DNA of 64,000 nt. Source: Escherichia coli (GTDB lineage Bacteria > Pseudomonadota > Gammaproteobacteria > Enterobacterales > Enterobacteriaceae). Positions 1 through 9,996 of the stretch are shown here, piece by piece. A model generated the notes under the pieces. It worked only from the letters and a program-made list of their open reading frames with translations. It did no database searches and was not told where the DNA came from. The stretch lies in NCBI RefSeq assembly GCF_041248615.1, contig NZ_CP158426.1. One strand, given 5' to 3'. Positions within the stretch are counted from its first letter, which is position 1. Each line of letters begins with the position of its first letter. Position numbers and translations under genes: made by a program.

Positions 1-75
1 TATGTGCGTTCCTATGCACCTGCACAGCAAAGTGTTGCGGCAGGGAGCGAATGGCCCGGGATGCAGGTGAAATAA
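1..75 (+). CDS. yfaS: 3' end of upstream gene, probably alpha-2-macroglobulin family yfaS (partial)
   Basis: Frame open from window edge to TAA at 73-75, immediately before the GTG start of yfaQ at 76. Assignment rests on conserved yfaS-yfaQ-yfaP order; 25 codons cannot confirm the frame. Confidence 0.35.
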   Translation, partial: YVRSYAPAQQSVAAGSEWPGMQVK

Positions 76-1725
76 GTGAACTGGCGCAGAATCGTCTGGC
101 TATTAGCGTTGGTTACTGTGCCAACGCTTGCGGAGGAGACGCCGTTACAACTGGCGCTGCGGGGCGCGCAGCATGACCAACTGTATCAGCTGTCGTCATC
201 AGGCGTGACCAAAGTCTCAGCATTACCTGACATGCTCACCACGCCGTTAGGGAGTTTGTGGAAACTGTATGTTTACGCCTGGCTGGAGGATACCCATCAA
301 CCGGAGCAGGCCTACCAGTGTCGTGGAAACTCCCCGGAAGAGGTTTATTGTTGTCAGGCTGGGGAGAGCATAACGCGCGATACCGCGCTGGTACGTTCCT
401 GTGGGCTCTATTTTGCGCCGCAGCGGTTGCATATTGGCGCAGATGTGTGGGGGCAATACTGGCAACAGCGTCAGGCACCTGCGTGGTTAGCGTCTCTTAC
501 TACGCTGAAGCCAGAAACCTCGGTAACGGTTAAATCACTGCTTGATTCATTAGCGACGTTACCCGCGCAAAACAAAGCTCAGGAAGTCTTACTGGATGTG
601 GTGCTGGACGAGGCGAAAATCGGTGTCGCATCTATGCTCGGTAGTCGGGTACGGGTGAAAACCTGGAGCTGGTTTGCCGATAATAAACAGGAAATCCGTC
701 AGGGTGGTTTTGCTGGCTGGTTAACCGATGGTACACCGCTGTGGGCTACTGGCAGTGGCACCAGCAAAACGGTACTAACCCGTTATGCGACGGTGCTTAA
801 TCGAGTTTTGCCAGTGCCGACGCAGGTTGCCAGTGGGCAATGTGTAGAGGTGGAACTGTTTGCCCGCTATCCGCTGAAGAAAATCACAGCGGAAAAGAGT
901 ACGACGGCAGTAAAACCCGGCGTACTTAATGGGCGCTATCGTGTGACGTTTACTAATGGTAACCACATTACGTTTGTCAGCCACGGTGAGACGACCTTAC
1001 TGAGCGAAAAGGGCAAACTGAAATTGCAGTCGCATCTTGATCGTGAAGAGTACGTTGCCAGAGTTCTGGATCGCGAGGCGAAAAGTACGCCCCCTGAGGC
1101 AGCGAAAGCCATGACCGTGGCGATTCGCACTTTTTTACAGCAAAACGCCAATCGGGAAGGCGATTGCCTGACCATCCCCGACAGTAGCGCCACGCAGCGT
1201 GTTTCTGCTTCGCCAGCGACCACGGGGGCGCGAACGATGACCGCCTGGACGCAGGATCTCATCTATGCGGGCGATCCGGTTCATTATCACGGCAGTCGCG
1301 CTACCGAAGGGACGCTTTCCTGGCGGCAAGCCATGGCCCAGGCGGGGCAGGGGGAGCGTTACGACCAGATACTCGCGTTTGCTTATCCCGACAACAGCCT
1401 TAGCCGCTGGGGAGCGCCACGCTCAACCTGCCAGTTATTACCCAAAGCGAAAGCCTGGCTGGCGAAAAAAATGCCGCAGTGGCGGCGTATATTACAAGGT
1501 GAGACGGGGTACAACGAACCAGACGTGTTTGCGGTTTGCCGTTTAGTCTCAGGTTTCCCCTATACCGATCGGCAGCAGAAACGGCTGTTTATTCGTAACT
1601 TCTTTACGCTTCAGGATCGGCTCGATTTAACCCATGAGTATCTGCATCTGGCCTTTGATGGTTATCCCACCGGGCTTGATGAGAACTATATCGAAACGCT
1701 GACCCGACAATTATTAATGGACTAA
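76..1725 (+). CDS. yfaQ: YfaQ, DUF2300 family secreted protein of the alpha-2-macroglobulin operon
   Basis: 549-aa ORF with GTG start and AGGTGA Shine-Dalgarno upstream; N-terminus MNWRRIVWLLALVTVPTLA is signal-peptide-like; length matches recalled YfaQ. Confidence 0.9.
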   Translation: MNWRRIVWLLALVTVPTLAEETPLQLALRGAQHDQLYQLSSSGVTKVSALPDMLTTPLGSLWKLYVYAWLEDTHQPEQAYQCRGNSPEEVYCCQAGESITRDTALVRSCGLYFAPQRLHIGADVWGQYWQQRQAPAWLASLTTLKPETSVTVKSLLDSLATLPAQNKAQEVLLDVVLDEAKIGVASMLGSRVRVKTWSWFADNKQEIRQGGFAGWLTDGTPLWATGSGTSKTVLTRYATVLNRVLPVPTQVASGQCVEVELFARYPLKKITAEKSTTAVKPGVLNGRYRVTFTNGNHITFVSHGETTLLSEKGKLKLQSHLDREEYVARVLDREAKSTPPEAAKAMTVAIRTFLQQNANREGDCLTIPDSSATQRVSASPATTGARTMTAWTQDLIYAGDPVHYHGSRATEGTLSWRQAMAQAGQGERYDQILAFAYPDNSLSRWGAPRSTCQLLPKAKAWLAKKMPQWRRILQGETGYNEPDVFAVCRLVSGFPYTDRQQKRLFIRNFFTLQDRLDLTHEYLHLAFDGYPTGLDENYIETLTRQLLMD

Positions 1726-1729
1726 TGCT

Positions 1730-2506
1730 ATGCGAAAGATTTTTCTTCCGTTGTTACTGGTGGCGCTTTCGCCTGTTGCCCATGGCGAAGGTGTGCAGGA
1801 AGTCGAGATTGATGCACCGCTCTCTGGCTGGCATCAGGCAGAGGGCGAAGATGCCAGTTTTTCACAATCGATCAATTACCCGGCGTCGTCCGTCAACATG
1901 GCAGATGATCAAAATATCTCAGCGCAGATCCGCGGCAAAATAAAGAATTATGCTGCGGCGGGTAAAGTTCAGCAGGGCCGGCTGGTGGTCAACGGTGCCA
2001 GTATGCCGCAGAGAATTGAATCCGATGGTTCATTTGCACGCCCTTATATTTTCACTGAAGGCAGCAACAGCGTGCAGGTCATCAGCCCGGATGGGCAAAG
2101 CCGACAAAAAATGCAGTTTTACTCAACGCCGGGCGCTGGAGCGATCCGCGCGCGTTTACGGCTGGTTCTCTCCTGGGACACGGACAATACCGATCTCGAC
2201 CTTCACGTTGTTACGCCCGATGGCGAACACGCCTGGTACGGTAACACCGTGCTGAAAAACAGTGGTGCACTGGATATGGATGTCACGACGGGGTACGGAC
2301 CCGAGATTTTCGCCATGCCAGCGCCAGTTCACGGACGTTATCAGGTGTATATCAACTACTATGGCGGACGCAGCGAAACGGAATTGACGACCGCCCAACT
2401 GACGTTGATCACCGATGAAGGATCGGTCAATGAGAAACAGGAAACATTTATTGTACCGATGCGTAATGCTGGCGAGCTGACGCTGGTGAAAAGTTTTGAC
2501 TGGTGA
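1730..2506 (+). CDS. yfaP: YfaP, DUF2135 family secreted protein
   Basis: 258-aa ORF starting 4 nt after the yfaQ stop; signal peptide MRKIFLPLLLVALSPVAHG; length matches recalled YfaP. Confidence 0.9.
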   Translation: MRKIFLPLLLVALSPVAHGEGVQEVEIDAPLSGWHQAEGEDASFSQSINYPASSVNMADDQNISAQIRGKIKNYAAAGKVQQGRLVVNGASMPQRIESDGSFARPYIFTEGSNSVQVISPDGQSRQKMQFYSTPGAGAIRARLRLVLSWDTDNTDLDLHVVTPDGEHAWYGNTVLKNSGALDMDVTTGYGPEIFAMPAPVHGRYQVYINYYGGRSETELTTAQLTLITDEGSVNEKQETFIVPMRNAGELTLVKSFDW

Positions 2507-2542
2507 TTAATGGGGTTACCTTCGCCGTCGATGTTCAAGAAA

Positions 2543-2577
2543 ACGCCCGATAACTTTCGCTATCGGGTGTTTTTATT
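2543..2577. terminator. Bidirectional rho-independent terminator between convergent yfaP and atoB
   Basis: Hairpin cccgata / tatcggg followed by a T-run (ttttatt). Confidence 0.6.
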
Positions 2578-2579
2578 GA

Positions 2580-3764
2580 TTAATTCAACCGTTCAATCAC
2601 CATCGCAATTCCCTGGCCGCCACCAATGCACAGTGTTGCCAGCCCCAGCGTTTTATCGCGTGCCTGCATGGCATGTAATAGTGTGACCAGAATACGAGCA
2701 CCACTGGCACCGATAGGATGCCCGAGCGCGATGGCCCCGCCGTTGACATTCACTTTCTCAGAATCAAAGCCCAGGGTTTTCCCAACGGCAAGGAACTGTG
2801 CAGCAAATGCTTCATTACCCTCAATGAGATCAATATCCGCCAGTTGCAGCCCCGCCAGTTGTAACGCTTTTTGCGTGGCAGGTACTGGCCCCATACCCAT
2901 CAATGCGGGGGGCACGCCACCGCTGGCATAACTTTTAATGCGAGCCAGGGGGGTAAGGCCTGCTGCCAGCGCCGCAGATTCTTCCATAATCACCAGAGCG
3001 GCAGCACCGTCGTTAATACCAGACGCGTTCCCGGCGGTGACTGTTCCTGCTTTATCGAAGGCCGGGCGCAATGCGCCTAACGCTTCAGTCGTAGAATCCG
3101 CTTTCGGGAATTCGTCTTGACTGAAGACGAAGGTTTTCTTCCGAGTGACAACATTTACCGGGACGATTTCGGCTGTAAAAGCACCGGACTCAATTGCGGC
3201 TGCCGCTTTACGCTGTGAATGTAGCGCCAGTTCATCCTGCATTTCTCGGGTAATTCCGTACTCTTTGGCCACGTTCTCGGCGGTAATCCCCATATGATAA
3301 CCATGGGTGGCGCACATCAGACCATCGCGCAGGATTACGTCATAAACCTGTCCGTCTCCAAGACGATAACCAGAGCGTGCTTTTGCATCGAGTAAGTAGG
3401 GCGCTAAACTCATATTTTCCATACCCCCCGCCACAATGCTTTGCGCCTGACCTGCCTGAATTGCCTGGGCGGCAAGCGCCACACTTTTAAGACCCGAACC
3501 ACACACTTTATTGACCGTGAATCCGCACACCGTTTCTGCCAGCCCGCTTTTTAACAGTGCCTGACGTGCCGGATTTTGCCCCAACCCGGCTTGCAACACG
3601 TTACCCATAATCACTTCATCAATGTGTAGTGAATCGATTTTTGCACGTTCAATGGCGGCTTTAATTACTGTCGCCCCCAGGTCGATGGCGTTGGTGGAAG
3701 CGAGTGAACCGTTAAAACTACCGATAGCAGTACGTACCGCACTGACGATGACACAATTTTTCAT
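2580..3764 (-). CDS. atoB: Acetyl-CoA acetyltransferase (thiolase II)
   Basis: 394-aa ORF, N-terminus [17 protein letters not shown]; thiolase active-site motifs; last gene of atoDAEB. Confidence 0.97.
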   Translation of the reverse strand: MKNCVIVSAVRTAIGSFNGSLASTNAIDLGATVIKAAIERAKIDSLHIDEVIMGNVLQAGLGQNPARQALLKSGLAETVCGFTVNKVCGSGLKSVALAAQAIQAGQAQSIVAGGMENMSLAPYLLDAKARSGYRLGDGQVYDVILRDGLMCATHGYHMGITAENVAKEYGITREMQDELALHSQRKAAAAIESGAFTAEIVPVNVVTRKKTFVFSQDEFPKADSTTEALGALRPAFDKAGTVTAGNASGINDGAAALVIMEESAALAAGLTPLARIKSYASGGVPPALMGMGPVPATQKALQLAGLQLADIDLIEGNEAFAAQFLAVGKTLGFDSEKVNVNGGAIALGHPIGASGARILVTLLHAMQARDKTLGLATLCIGGGQGIAMVIERLN

Positions 3765-3794
3765 TTTTTATTCCTTCTGTCTGTAGGGTTGCCG

Positions 3795-5117
3795 TCAGAA
3801 CAGCGTTAAACCAATGACGAAAATGACGCCGGAGAAGAGCAGGGCAGTGATGCAATAGCCCATGATGTCGCGGACACCGAGTCCGGCGATTGCCAGTGCT
3901 GGCAGCGCCCAGAATGGTTGTGCCATGTTCATCCATTGCTCGCCGTAGGCGATCGCCATTACCGATTTACCGAGATCAGCGCCCAGCGCCTGGGCTGCGG
4001 GTATCACGAAAGGTCCCTGAATAACCCAGTGACCGCCGCCAGACGGAACGGCGAAGTTAATCAGTGCAGAACTAAAAAAGGTCATTACCGGGAAGGTGTT
4101 TTTGTTCGCAACATTGATGAAGAATTCGGTAATGAGTCCGCCCAGACCGGAATGCTCCATCATCAGTTGGATCCCAGCGTAGAAGGGGAATTGCACCAGA
4201 ATACCGGCAGTACTGCGTGCTGCCGCGCTGATAGCACGCATATAAGCCATTGGCGTTTTATGTAGCAGCAGACCCGCAATCATAAACATCAGGTTGACGG
4301 TATTGATGGTGATGTTGAAGCCATGTTCGTTGAAGTACATCGCAAGGTAAGCGATACCGAGTGCGCCGATGATCAACGTCAGAATGCGGCTTTCTTCCAG
4401 TCGCTCGGATGGTGGGGCATCTTTCGGTAGCTGCTTTTGGAAATCAGCCTCTTCCATGAGTAGTTTCGGATCGATACTCACCACGTCAGACGGTTTTGGC
4501 ATCATCATGCGGGTGATAAATGGCATCACCACAATCAACGCCACAGTGATGAAAATGTTAAAACCACTGAACAGAGTATCGCCCACCGGGATCAGCCCGG
4601 CGATATGCTCAACCGGGTTGCCCGGTGTTGCAGCCAACAGAGGCATTGAGCCAGAGAAACCGCCACCCCAGGTGAGAAAACCAATGTAGGCGCAGGCAAT
4701 GAGCAACGGATAATCAGAACCGGGTACTCGGCGGGCGACTTCACGGGCAAACATTGCGCCGACAACCAAACCAAATCCCCAGTTGATGACACAAGCGACT
4801 GAACCGAAGAAAGTAACCAGCATGACGCCCTGTACGGGCGTCTTTGCGGCGGAGGCGGCAGTACGCAGCAAACTTTTTACCGGAGCAGAGCTGGCAAGGG
4901 CATGACCGGTAACGATGATAAGCGCCATCTGCATACCAAACGCCAGCAAGTTCCAGAAACCGTCACCCCACATTTTCACCATGCTGATCGGCGTTTGTGG
5001 TGTTAACCAAAGCGCGATCACGAAAGTTAGCAATGTCAGCAACATGGCAAAGATCAGTGGATCGGGAAGCCACCGGCTGACAAAACGCGTCATAAAACGC
5101 GATATGCGACCAATCAT
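3795..5117 (-). CDS. atoE: Short-chain fatty acid transporter
   Basis: 440-aa polytopic membrane protein between atoA and atoB. Confidence 0.95.
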   Translation of the reverse strand: MIGRISRFMTRFVSRWLPDPLIFAMLLTLLTFVIALWLTPQTPISMVKMWGDGFWNLLAFGMQMALIIVTGHALASSAPVKSLLRTAASAAKTPVQGVMLVTFFGSVACVINWGFGLVVGAMFAREVARRVPGSDYPLLIACAYIGFLTWGGGFSGSMPLLAATPGNPVEHIAGLIPVGDTLFSGFNIFITVALIVVMPFITRMMMPKPSDVVSIDPKLLMEEADFQKQLPKDAPPSERLEESRILTLIIGALGIAYLAMYFNEHGFNITINTVNLMFMIAGLLLHKTPMAYMRAISAAARSTAGILVQFPFYAGIQLMMEHSGLGGLITEFFINVANKNTFPVMTFFSSALINFAVPSGGGHWVIQGPFVIPAAQALGADLGKSVMAIAYGEQWMNMAQPFWALPALAIAGLGVRDIMGYCITALLFSGVIFVIGLTLF

Positions 5118-5764
5118 AAATCACCCCGTTGCGTATTCAGATCGGCGGCAACTTCAAACCGAGCTTCTGTTTTGGCACACACGGTGGCTAAATCACACCC
5201 GTCGGCAATTTCGGTGAGCCACATTTTGCCGTCAATAAAACGAAAGACAGCCAGTTCAGTAACCAGCATATGCACCGCATGTTGCGCAGTGAGTGGCATG
5301 GTGCAGCGGCGCAAAATTTTTGCTGAACCATCTTTGGCACAATGTTCCATGGCGATGATCACTTTGCGCGACCCGGTCACCAGATCCATCGCGCCACCCA
5401 TACCGGGCACCATTTTCCCAGGCACTACCCAGTTCGCGAGGTTTGCTTCTTCGTCTACTTGCAAACCGCCGAGCACGCAGGCATCAATATGACCGCCGCG
5501 GATTAGCGCAAATGACATGGCGCTATCAAACATGGCTGCACCGGGTAAAACACCGCACGGTTGTCCGCCAGCGTTCACCAGATCTGGATGCGCTGTCGTG
5601 ACCGGGCCTAAACCGAGGAAGCCGTTTTCCGATTGCAGAGTGATATGAATACCCTCCGGTAAATAATTGGCGACCATTGTGGGTAAACCGATCCCTAAGT
5701 TAACGATGTCACCATCACGAAGCTCTTGCGCCACACGGCGCGCAATACGTTGTTTCGCATCCAT
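5114..5764 (-). CDS. atoA: Acetate CoA-transferase beta subunit
   Basis: 216-aa ORF; 4-bp overlap with the atoE start. Confidence 0.95.
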   Translation of the reverse strand: MDAKQRIARRVAQELRDGDIVNLGIGLPTMVANYLPEGIHITLQSENGFLGLGPVTTAHPDLVNAGGQPCGVLPGAAMFDSAMSFALIRGGHIDACVLGGLQVDEEANLANWVVPGKMVPGMGGAMDLVTGSRKVIIAMEHCAKDGSAKILRRCTMPLTAQHAVHMLVTELAVFRFIDGKMWLTEIADGCDLATVCAKTEARFEVAADLNTQRGDL

Positions 5765-6426
5765 TATTTGCTCTCCTGTGAAACGATGATGTGGTCGATA
5801 ACGGCACCAGGGGTGACAATATGGTCAGGTTGCAGCTCGCCGGTTTCGACCAGTTCATCTGGCTCTACCAGCGTGATATCAGCCGCAAGGGCTATCAGGG
5901 GGTTAAAGTTGCGGGCGCTAAGTTGATAGGTCAGGTTGCCAAGTGTGTCGCAACGATGAGCGCGAATTAGCGCCAGGTCGGCGCGCAGTGGGCGTTCGAG
6001 CAGCCAGGTTTTACCGTCGAGTGTCAGTGTCTGTTTGCCTTCCTCTACGACGGTGCCGACACCCGTTGGGGTGAGAAAACCACCAAGTCCAGCTCCGCCA
6101 CAGCGAATTTGCTCGATTAGCGTACCTTGCGGCACCAGAACGACGTCCATCTCACCAGATATCATGCGCCGACCTGTTTCCGGGTTGGTGCCGATATGTG
6201 AAGCAATCACTTTGCGGACTCGACCATTGACGATGAGCGGACCGATGCCGGTATCAACAAACGCGGTATCATTGGCTATCAATGTCAGGTCGCGAACACC
6301 TGATTCCAGTAATGCTTCAACCAGGCGGGATGGAGTGCCAATCCCCATAAATCCGCCCACCATGATGGTCATGCCGTCACGAAAGAAGCCGGTGGCATCT
6401 TGTAATGTCATCAATTTTGTTTTCAT
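5764..6426 (-). CDS. atoD: Acetate CoA-transferase alpha subunit
   Basis: 220-aa ORF, N-terminus [15 protein letters not shown]; first gene of atoDAEB. Confidence 0.95.
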   Translation of the reverse strand: MKTKLMTLQDATGFFRDGMTIMVGGFMGIGTPSRLVEALLESGVRDLTLIANDTAFVDTGIGPLIVNGRVRKVIASHIGTNPETGRRMISGEMDVVLVPQGTLIEQIRCGGAGLGGFLTPTGVGTVVEEGKQTLTLDGKTWLLERPLRADLALIRAHRCDTLGNLTYQLSARNFNPLIALAADITLVEPDELVETGELQPDHIVTPGAVIDHIIVSQESK

Positions 6427-6471
6427 TTTTTATCCCTCTTGCATACACCGTTGTGGGTACAGTCAGGGAAT

Positions 6472-6487
6472 AGCAAGGGGAGTGCCA
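6472..6487 (-). promoter_or_regulatory. Sigma-54 (-24/-12) promoter of atoDAEB
   Basis: Minus strand reads TGGCAC-N5-TTGCT (GG and GC correctly spaced), about 45 bp upstream of the atoD start codon. Confidence 0.8.
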
Positions 6488-6569
6488 GAATGAGATTATT
6501 GGGTTTTGTTATTTAACTAATTGAATATGAAGGGATAAATTGGATGAGGATTTATAAGGAGAATGAGCG

Positions 6570-6610
6570 GCTATGCAGAAAATTGCGCACTGTGCAAATT
6601 TCTGCATAGC
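6570..6610. promoter_or_regulatory. AtoC enhancer (upstream activating sequence): 40-bp imperfect palindrome
   Basis: gctatgcagaaaattgcgcac / ctgtgcaaatttctgcatagc are near-perfect inverted 20-mers, about 100 bp upstream of the sigma-54 promoter. Confidence 0.75.
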
Positions 6611-6621
6611 AAGTTTTGGCG

Positions 6622-8007
6622 TTATACATCCGCCGGATCGATACCGTATTCCTGGAGTTTATACATCAATGCACGGCGACTGATGCCCAGCATTAAAGCA
6701 GTGCGGGTTCGGTTTCCTTCTTGTTGTTCCAGCACTTCCATAATGATGCGTTTTTCGACGCGTTTAATTTCCTCTTTTAAATTACGCTCTCCGACAGGGG
6801 ATGTTTTTACCTCGCCAGCATTACAGACTGGCTGACGAATCTGCGGCGGAAGATCCTCAGAAAAAATGATCGGGCCTGAGTTCATCACGACGGCGCGTTC
6901 AATAACGTTGGAAAGCTCTCGAATATTTCCCGGCCATGACCAGGCGGTAAGCAGTGACATTGCCATCGGATCGATGTCGATAATATCGCGCTGATTCTCA
7001 CTACTGAATTTTTGCAAAAAGTGATTAGCTAACAGGGAAATATCTTCCCGGCGATCGCGCAGAGGCGGCAGTATTAAATGAATAACGTTAAGGCGATAAA
7101 AGAGATCTTCACGGAAGGTGCCTTCTTTTACCATTGCCTGCAAGTCACGGTTGGTGGCAGCAATGATGCGGATATCAACTTTTATGGTCTGATGGCCGCC
7201 AATCCGTTCAAATTCCCGTTCCTGCAGAATGCGTAGTAATTTGGCTTGCAGTACGAGCGGCATTTCGCCAATTTCGTCGAGGAGCAGAGTACCTTCGTTG
7301 GCACGTTCAAATAATCCCTGACGCAAGGTTTGTGCACCAGTAAATGCACCTTTTTCATGACCAAACAGTTCACTTTCGAGCAACGATTCCGGCAGCGCCG
7401 CGCAGTTGACTTTAATGAACGGCCCCTTTGCCCGCCGCGAATTGTAGTGAATCGCTCTGGCAATCAACTCTTTCCCGGTGCCGCTTTCACCGCTAATCAA
7501 GACGCTGGCCTGAGAAAGGGCAATTTTGGCGGTGTCTTTGCAGATGTCCATCATCGCCGGGCTGTTGGTGAGAATGTGCCCCCATTGCCAGCTAGTGCTC
7601 AGTGCCTGGTGCAGATGGCGGATCTCTTTTTTCATTGACTGGAGTTGTAAAGCGCGCTGAACGATTAAATTCAACTCATCGAGATCAAACGGTTTGATAA
7701 CATAGTCGAAGGCCCCGCAGCGTAGCGCTTCGACGGCGGTTTCCACTTCAGCATAGGCCGTCATCAGAATAACGGGGGTCCGTGTCTCATGGCTGCGCAT
7801 CTCCTTGAGTGCCTTGATGCCGTCCATCTCTGGCATGCGGATATCCATCAACACCACGTCAGGGTGAATATCAGCAAACAGGTGTAATGCTGTGCGTCCG
7901 TTGTTCGCACAATGTGTTTCGAAACCTTGTAGTGCAAAAGCGGTGCTCAGCATACGGCGAACATTATCTTCATCATCCACAATAAGGATGCGATTAATAG
8001 CAGTCAT
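6622..8007 (-). CDS. atoC: Sigma-54-dependent response regulator AtoC (NtrC family)
   Basis: 461-aa ORF with receiver domain, AAA+ GESGTGKE motif and C-terminal HTH. Confidence 0.97.
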   Translation of the reverse strand: MTAINRILIVDDEDNVRRMLSTAFALQGFETHCANNGRTALHLFADIHPDVVLMDIRMPEMDGIKALKEMRSHETRTPVILMTAYAEVETAVEALRCGAFDYVIKPFDLDELNLIVQRALQLQSMKKEIRHLHQALSTSWQWGHILTNSPAMMDICKDTAKIALSQASVLISGESGTGKELIARAIHYNSRRAKGPFIKVNCAALPESLLESELFGHEKGAFTGAQTLRQGLFERANEGTLLLDEIGEMPLVLQAKLLRILQEREFERIGGHQTIKVDIRIIAATNRDLQAMVKEGTFREDLFYRLNVIHLILPPLRDRREDISLLANHFLQKFSSENQRDIIDIDPMAMSLLTAWSWPGNIRELSNVIERAVVMNSGPIIFSEDLPPQIRQPVCNAGEVKTSPVGERNLKEEIKRVEKRIIMEVLEQQEGNRTRTALMLGISRRALMYKLQEYGIDPADV

Positions 8008-9830
8008 ACAGTCTGATTTCCCTGCGGGTTGATCGGTAAAATAAGCGTGAAGGTTGCGCCGTAGCCCGGCAAACTGGCGACGCGAATATCACCCTGATGG
8101 GCATTAATGATGCGTTGACTTAACGCCAGACCAAGCCCGGTTCCTGAGGCTTTGGTGGTGAAAAAGGGATCGAAGATCTTTTTTTGCAGCGAGAGATCAA
8201 TGCCACAGCCGTTGTCCTCTATCGAAATGGCCTGTTGTGAGTCGCTGTATTGCCAGGTTTGAATGCGAATTTTCCCTCGTGCGCTGATAGCCTGGACGGC
8301 ATTGATCAGGATATTCAGTAGTACCTGTTTGAGCAGTTCACGATCGGCGTTAATCGGGTTTAATTCATTATCCAGTTCGCTTATGAAGTCGACCCGCGCT
8401 TGTACGCCGGCGGTTTGTACCAGTACCAGAGTTTCTTCAACCAATGCATTGAGACTGACTTGTTGCCATTGACTGTGGCGTGGACGTGAAAATTCGAGCA
8501 ATTGCTGAATAACTTTGTTAATTGAATCGATTTCTTTGAGTACTACGGACAGATATTCCTGATGTATTAGGTCGCTGGTTTGTTGGCGCAAGATCTGTAC
8601 ATAACCACGAATAGCCGTTAGCGGATTACGTACTTCATGCGCGACGCCAGCCATCAGCTCACCCAGTGTGGCGAGGCGTTCTGCTTGCGCCATGCGGCGC
8701 TGGGTTTCTTTGCGGGCAGTTAAATCAGAGAAAATCACCAAAGCACCTATCATTTCACCATGCGTGTTATGAATACGACTGGTAGTGACACTGAGTTCAA
8801 TGGTGCGGTCACGGCCTGGAAAACTGATCTCCAGCGCTACATGTTCGGTGCCATGTTCCAGCGTATCCAGTACTGGACTGTAGAACTGAGTATTGTCGAA
8901 CAACATGGAGTAAGGCTGCCCTACCAGTTCATGACGTTGATAGCCAGTGATGACTTCTGCTGCCGGGTTCATGGTGGTTACATCACCCTGGCGGTCAATG
9001 GCAATGACGCCATCGGCAGCGTTTTCAATAATCAGATCGTTAAGTGTCCGCGTTTCACGCAGTGCCTGGGCGAGGTTGTTAACACTCTGACTGATTTGCC
9101 CCATTTCACCGGGCAATTGTGGTAATCGAGTGGGAATATTTTGCGCCAGAGTCGAGAGGCCATCGGTGATGATATCAATATTGGCGCTCAGGCGACGGGA
9201 GAAAAGGACAATCAACAGCAGGCTTATCAGCAAACCGGCGGTGAGCACAATGATAATCCTCACATCCATTTTCCAGGCCTGGCGGCGAATATCTTCGGTT
9301 AATTCATTGGCCCAGATATAGCCGAGGATTTCACCATTACGCTCAATGGGGATCATTGAATTCAAAATATCGCCGCGCACCTGCCTGCCTGAATAAACCA
9401 AAGGGGTATTTGTACGCATGACTTCGCGACCAGGGTGATCTGCGGCAATGGTAACGCCGACATTATTCTGATATAGCGCTGAAGGCGCGTAGGTGATTAT
9501 CGCATCCAGTGTTTTGTTGTAATAACCAGCGCCGATGCCAGGGAAGGCGTGAGTGATATTTTCGGTAATGGGGGCAAGTTCTGCATTTAATGCACGGATA
9601 CGCTCCTCACGTGGTAAGTCGATGTAGAGATCATAGCGATCGCCTAGTGCCTGATTAAGCAGGTTGACCACGGCAGAAAGTTTTTTCTCTTTTTCAGATA
9701 AGACTGCTGAACGTCCTTCTGTTTCTACGATATAACCAATAGTAAGCGTTGGGACAATGACCATCAGGATTGCCATCAGGATCATTTGATTGCGTAAGCG
9801 GCGTGGATAAATCCACTTCATATAATGCAT
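8004..9830 (-). CDS. atoS: Sensor histidine kinase AtoS
   Basis: ORF overlaps the atoC start by 4 bp; start set at MHYMKWIYPRRL (608 aa) rather than the first in-frame Met. Confidence 0.93.
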   Translation of the reverse strand: MHYMKWIYPRRLRNQMILMAILMVIVPTLTIGYIVETEGRSAVLSEKEKKLSAVVNLLNQALGDRYDLYIDLPREERIRALNAELAPITENITHAFPGIGAGYYNKTLDAIITYAPSALYQNNVGVTIAADHPGREVMRTNTPLVYSGRQVRGDILNSMIPIERNGEILGYIWANELTEDIRRQAWKMDVRIIIVLTAGLLISLLLIVLFSRRLSANIDIITDGLSTLAQNIPTRLPQLPGEMGQISQSVNNLAQALRETRTLNDLIIENAADGVIAIDRQGDVTTMNPAAEVITGYQRHELVGQPYSMLFDNTQFYSPVLDTLEHGTEHVALEISFPGRDRTIELSVTTSRIHNTHGEMIGALVIFSDLTARKETQRRMAQAERLATLGELMAGVAHEVRNPLTAIRGYVQILRQQTSDLIHQEYLSVVLKEIDSINKVIQQLLEFSRPRHSQWQQVSLNALVEETLVLVQTAGVQARVDFISELDNELNPINADRELLKQVLLNILINAVQAISARGKIRIQTWQYSDSQQAISIEDNGCGIDLSLQKKIFDPFFTTKASGTGLGLALSQRIINAHQGDIRVASLPGYGATFTLILPINPQGNQTV

Positions 9831-9996
9831 GCTGAAATCCACTAGTCTTGTCCGGTATATGACGATTATCAGAGGTTAAGGTGATGATTTCTCGGCGGTG
9901 TATCATATTCCAGAGAAGAGAGAACATTGCGGTAACACGCTTTTACCGCTACCTTAACCACACTCCATCGGTCACCTGAGGCGGAGCTTCGCCCCT

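Noticed and set aside
9831-9842. N-terminal extensions on several ORFs in the track (atoS, rcsB, eco, napB, ccmC, narP, rplY, rsuA, yejF, yejA, lpxT, yeiQ, yeiP)
   Set aside because: The first in-frame Met in the track is upstream of the start that matches the known protein N-terminus and has a Shine-Dalgarno; these are ORF-caller artefacts, not novel N-terminal domains.
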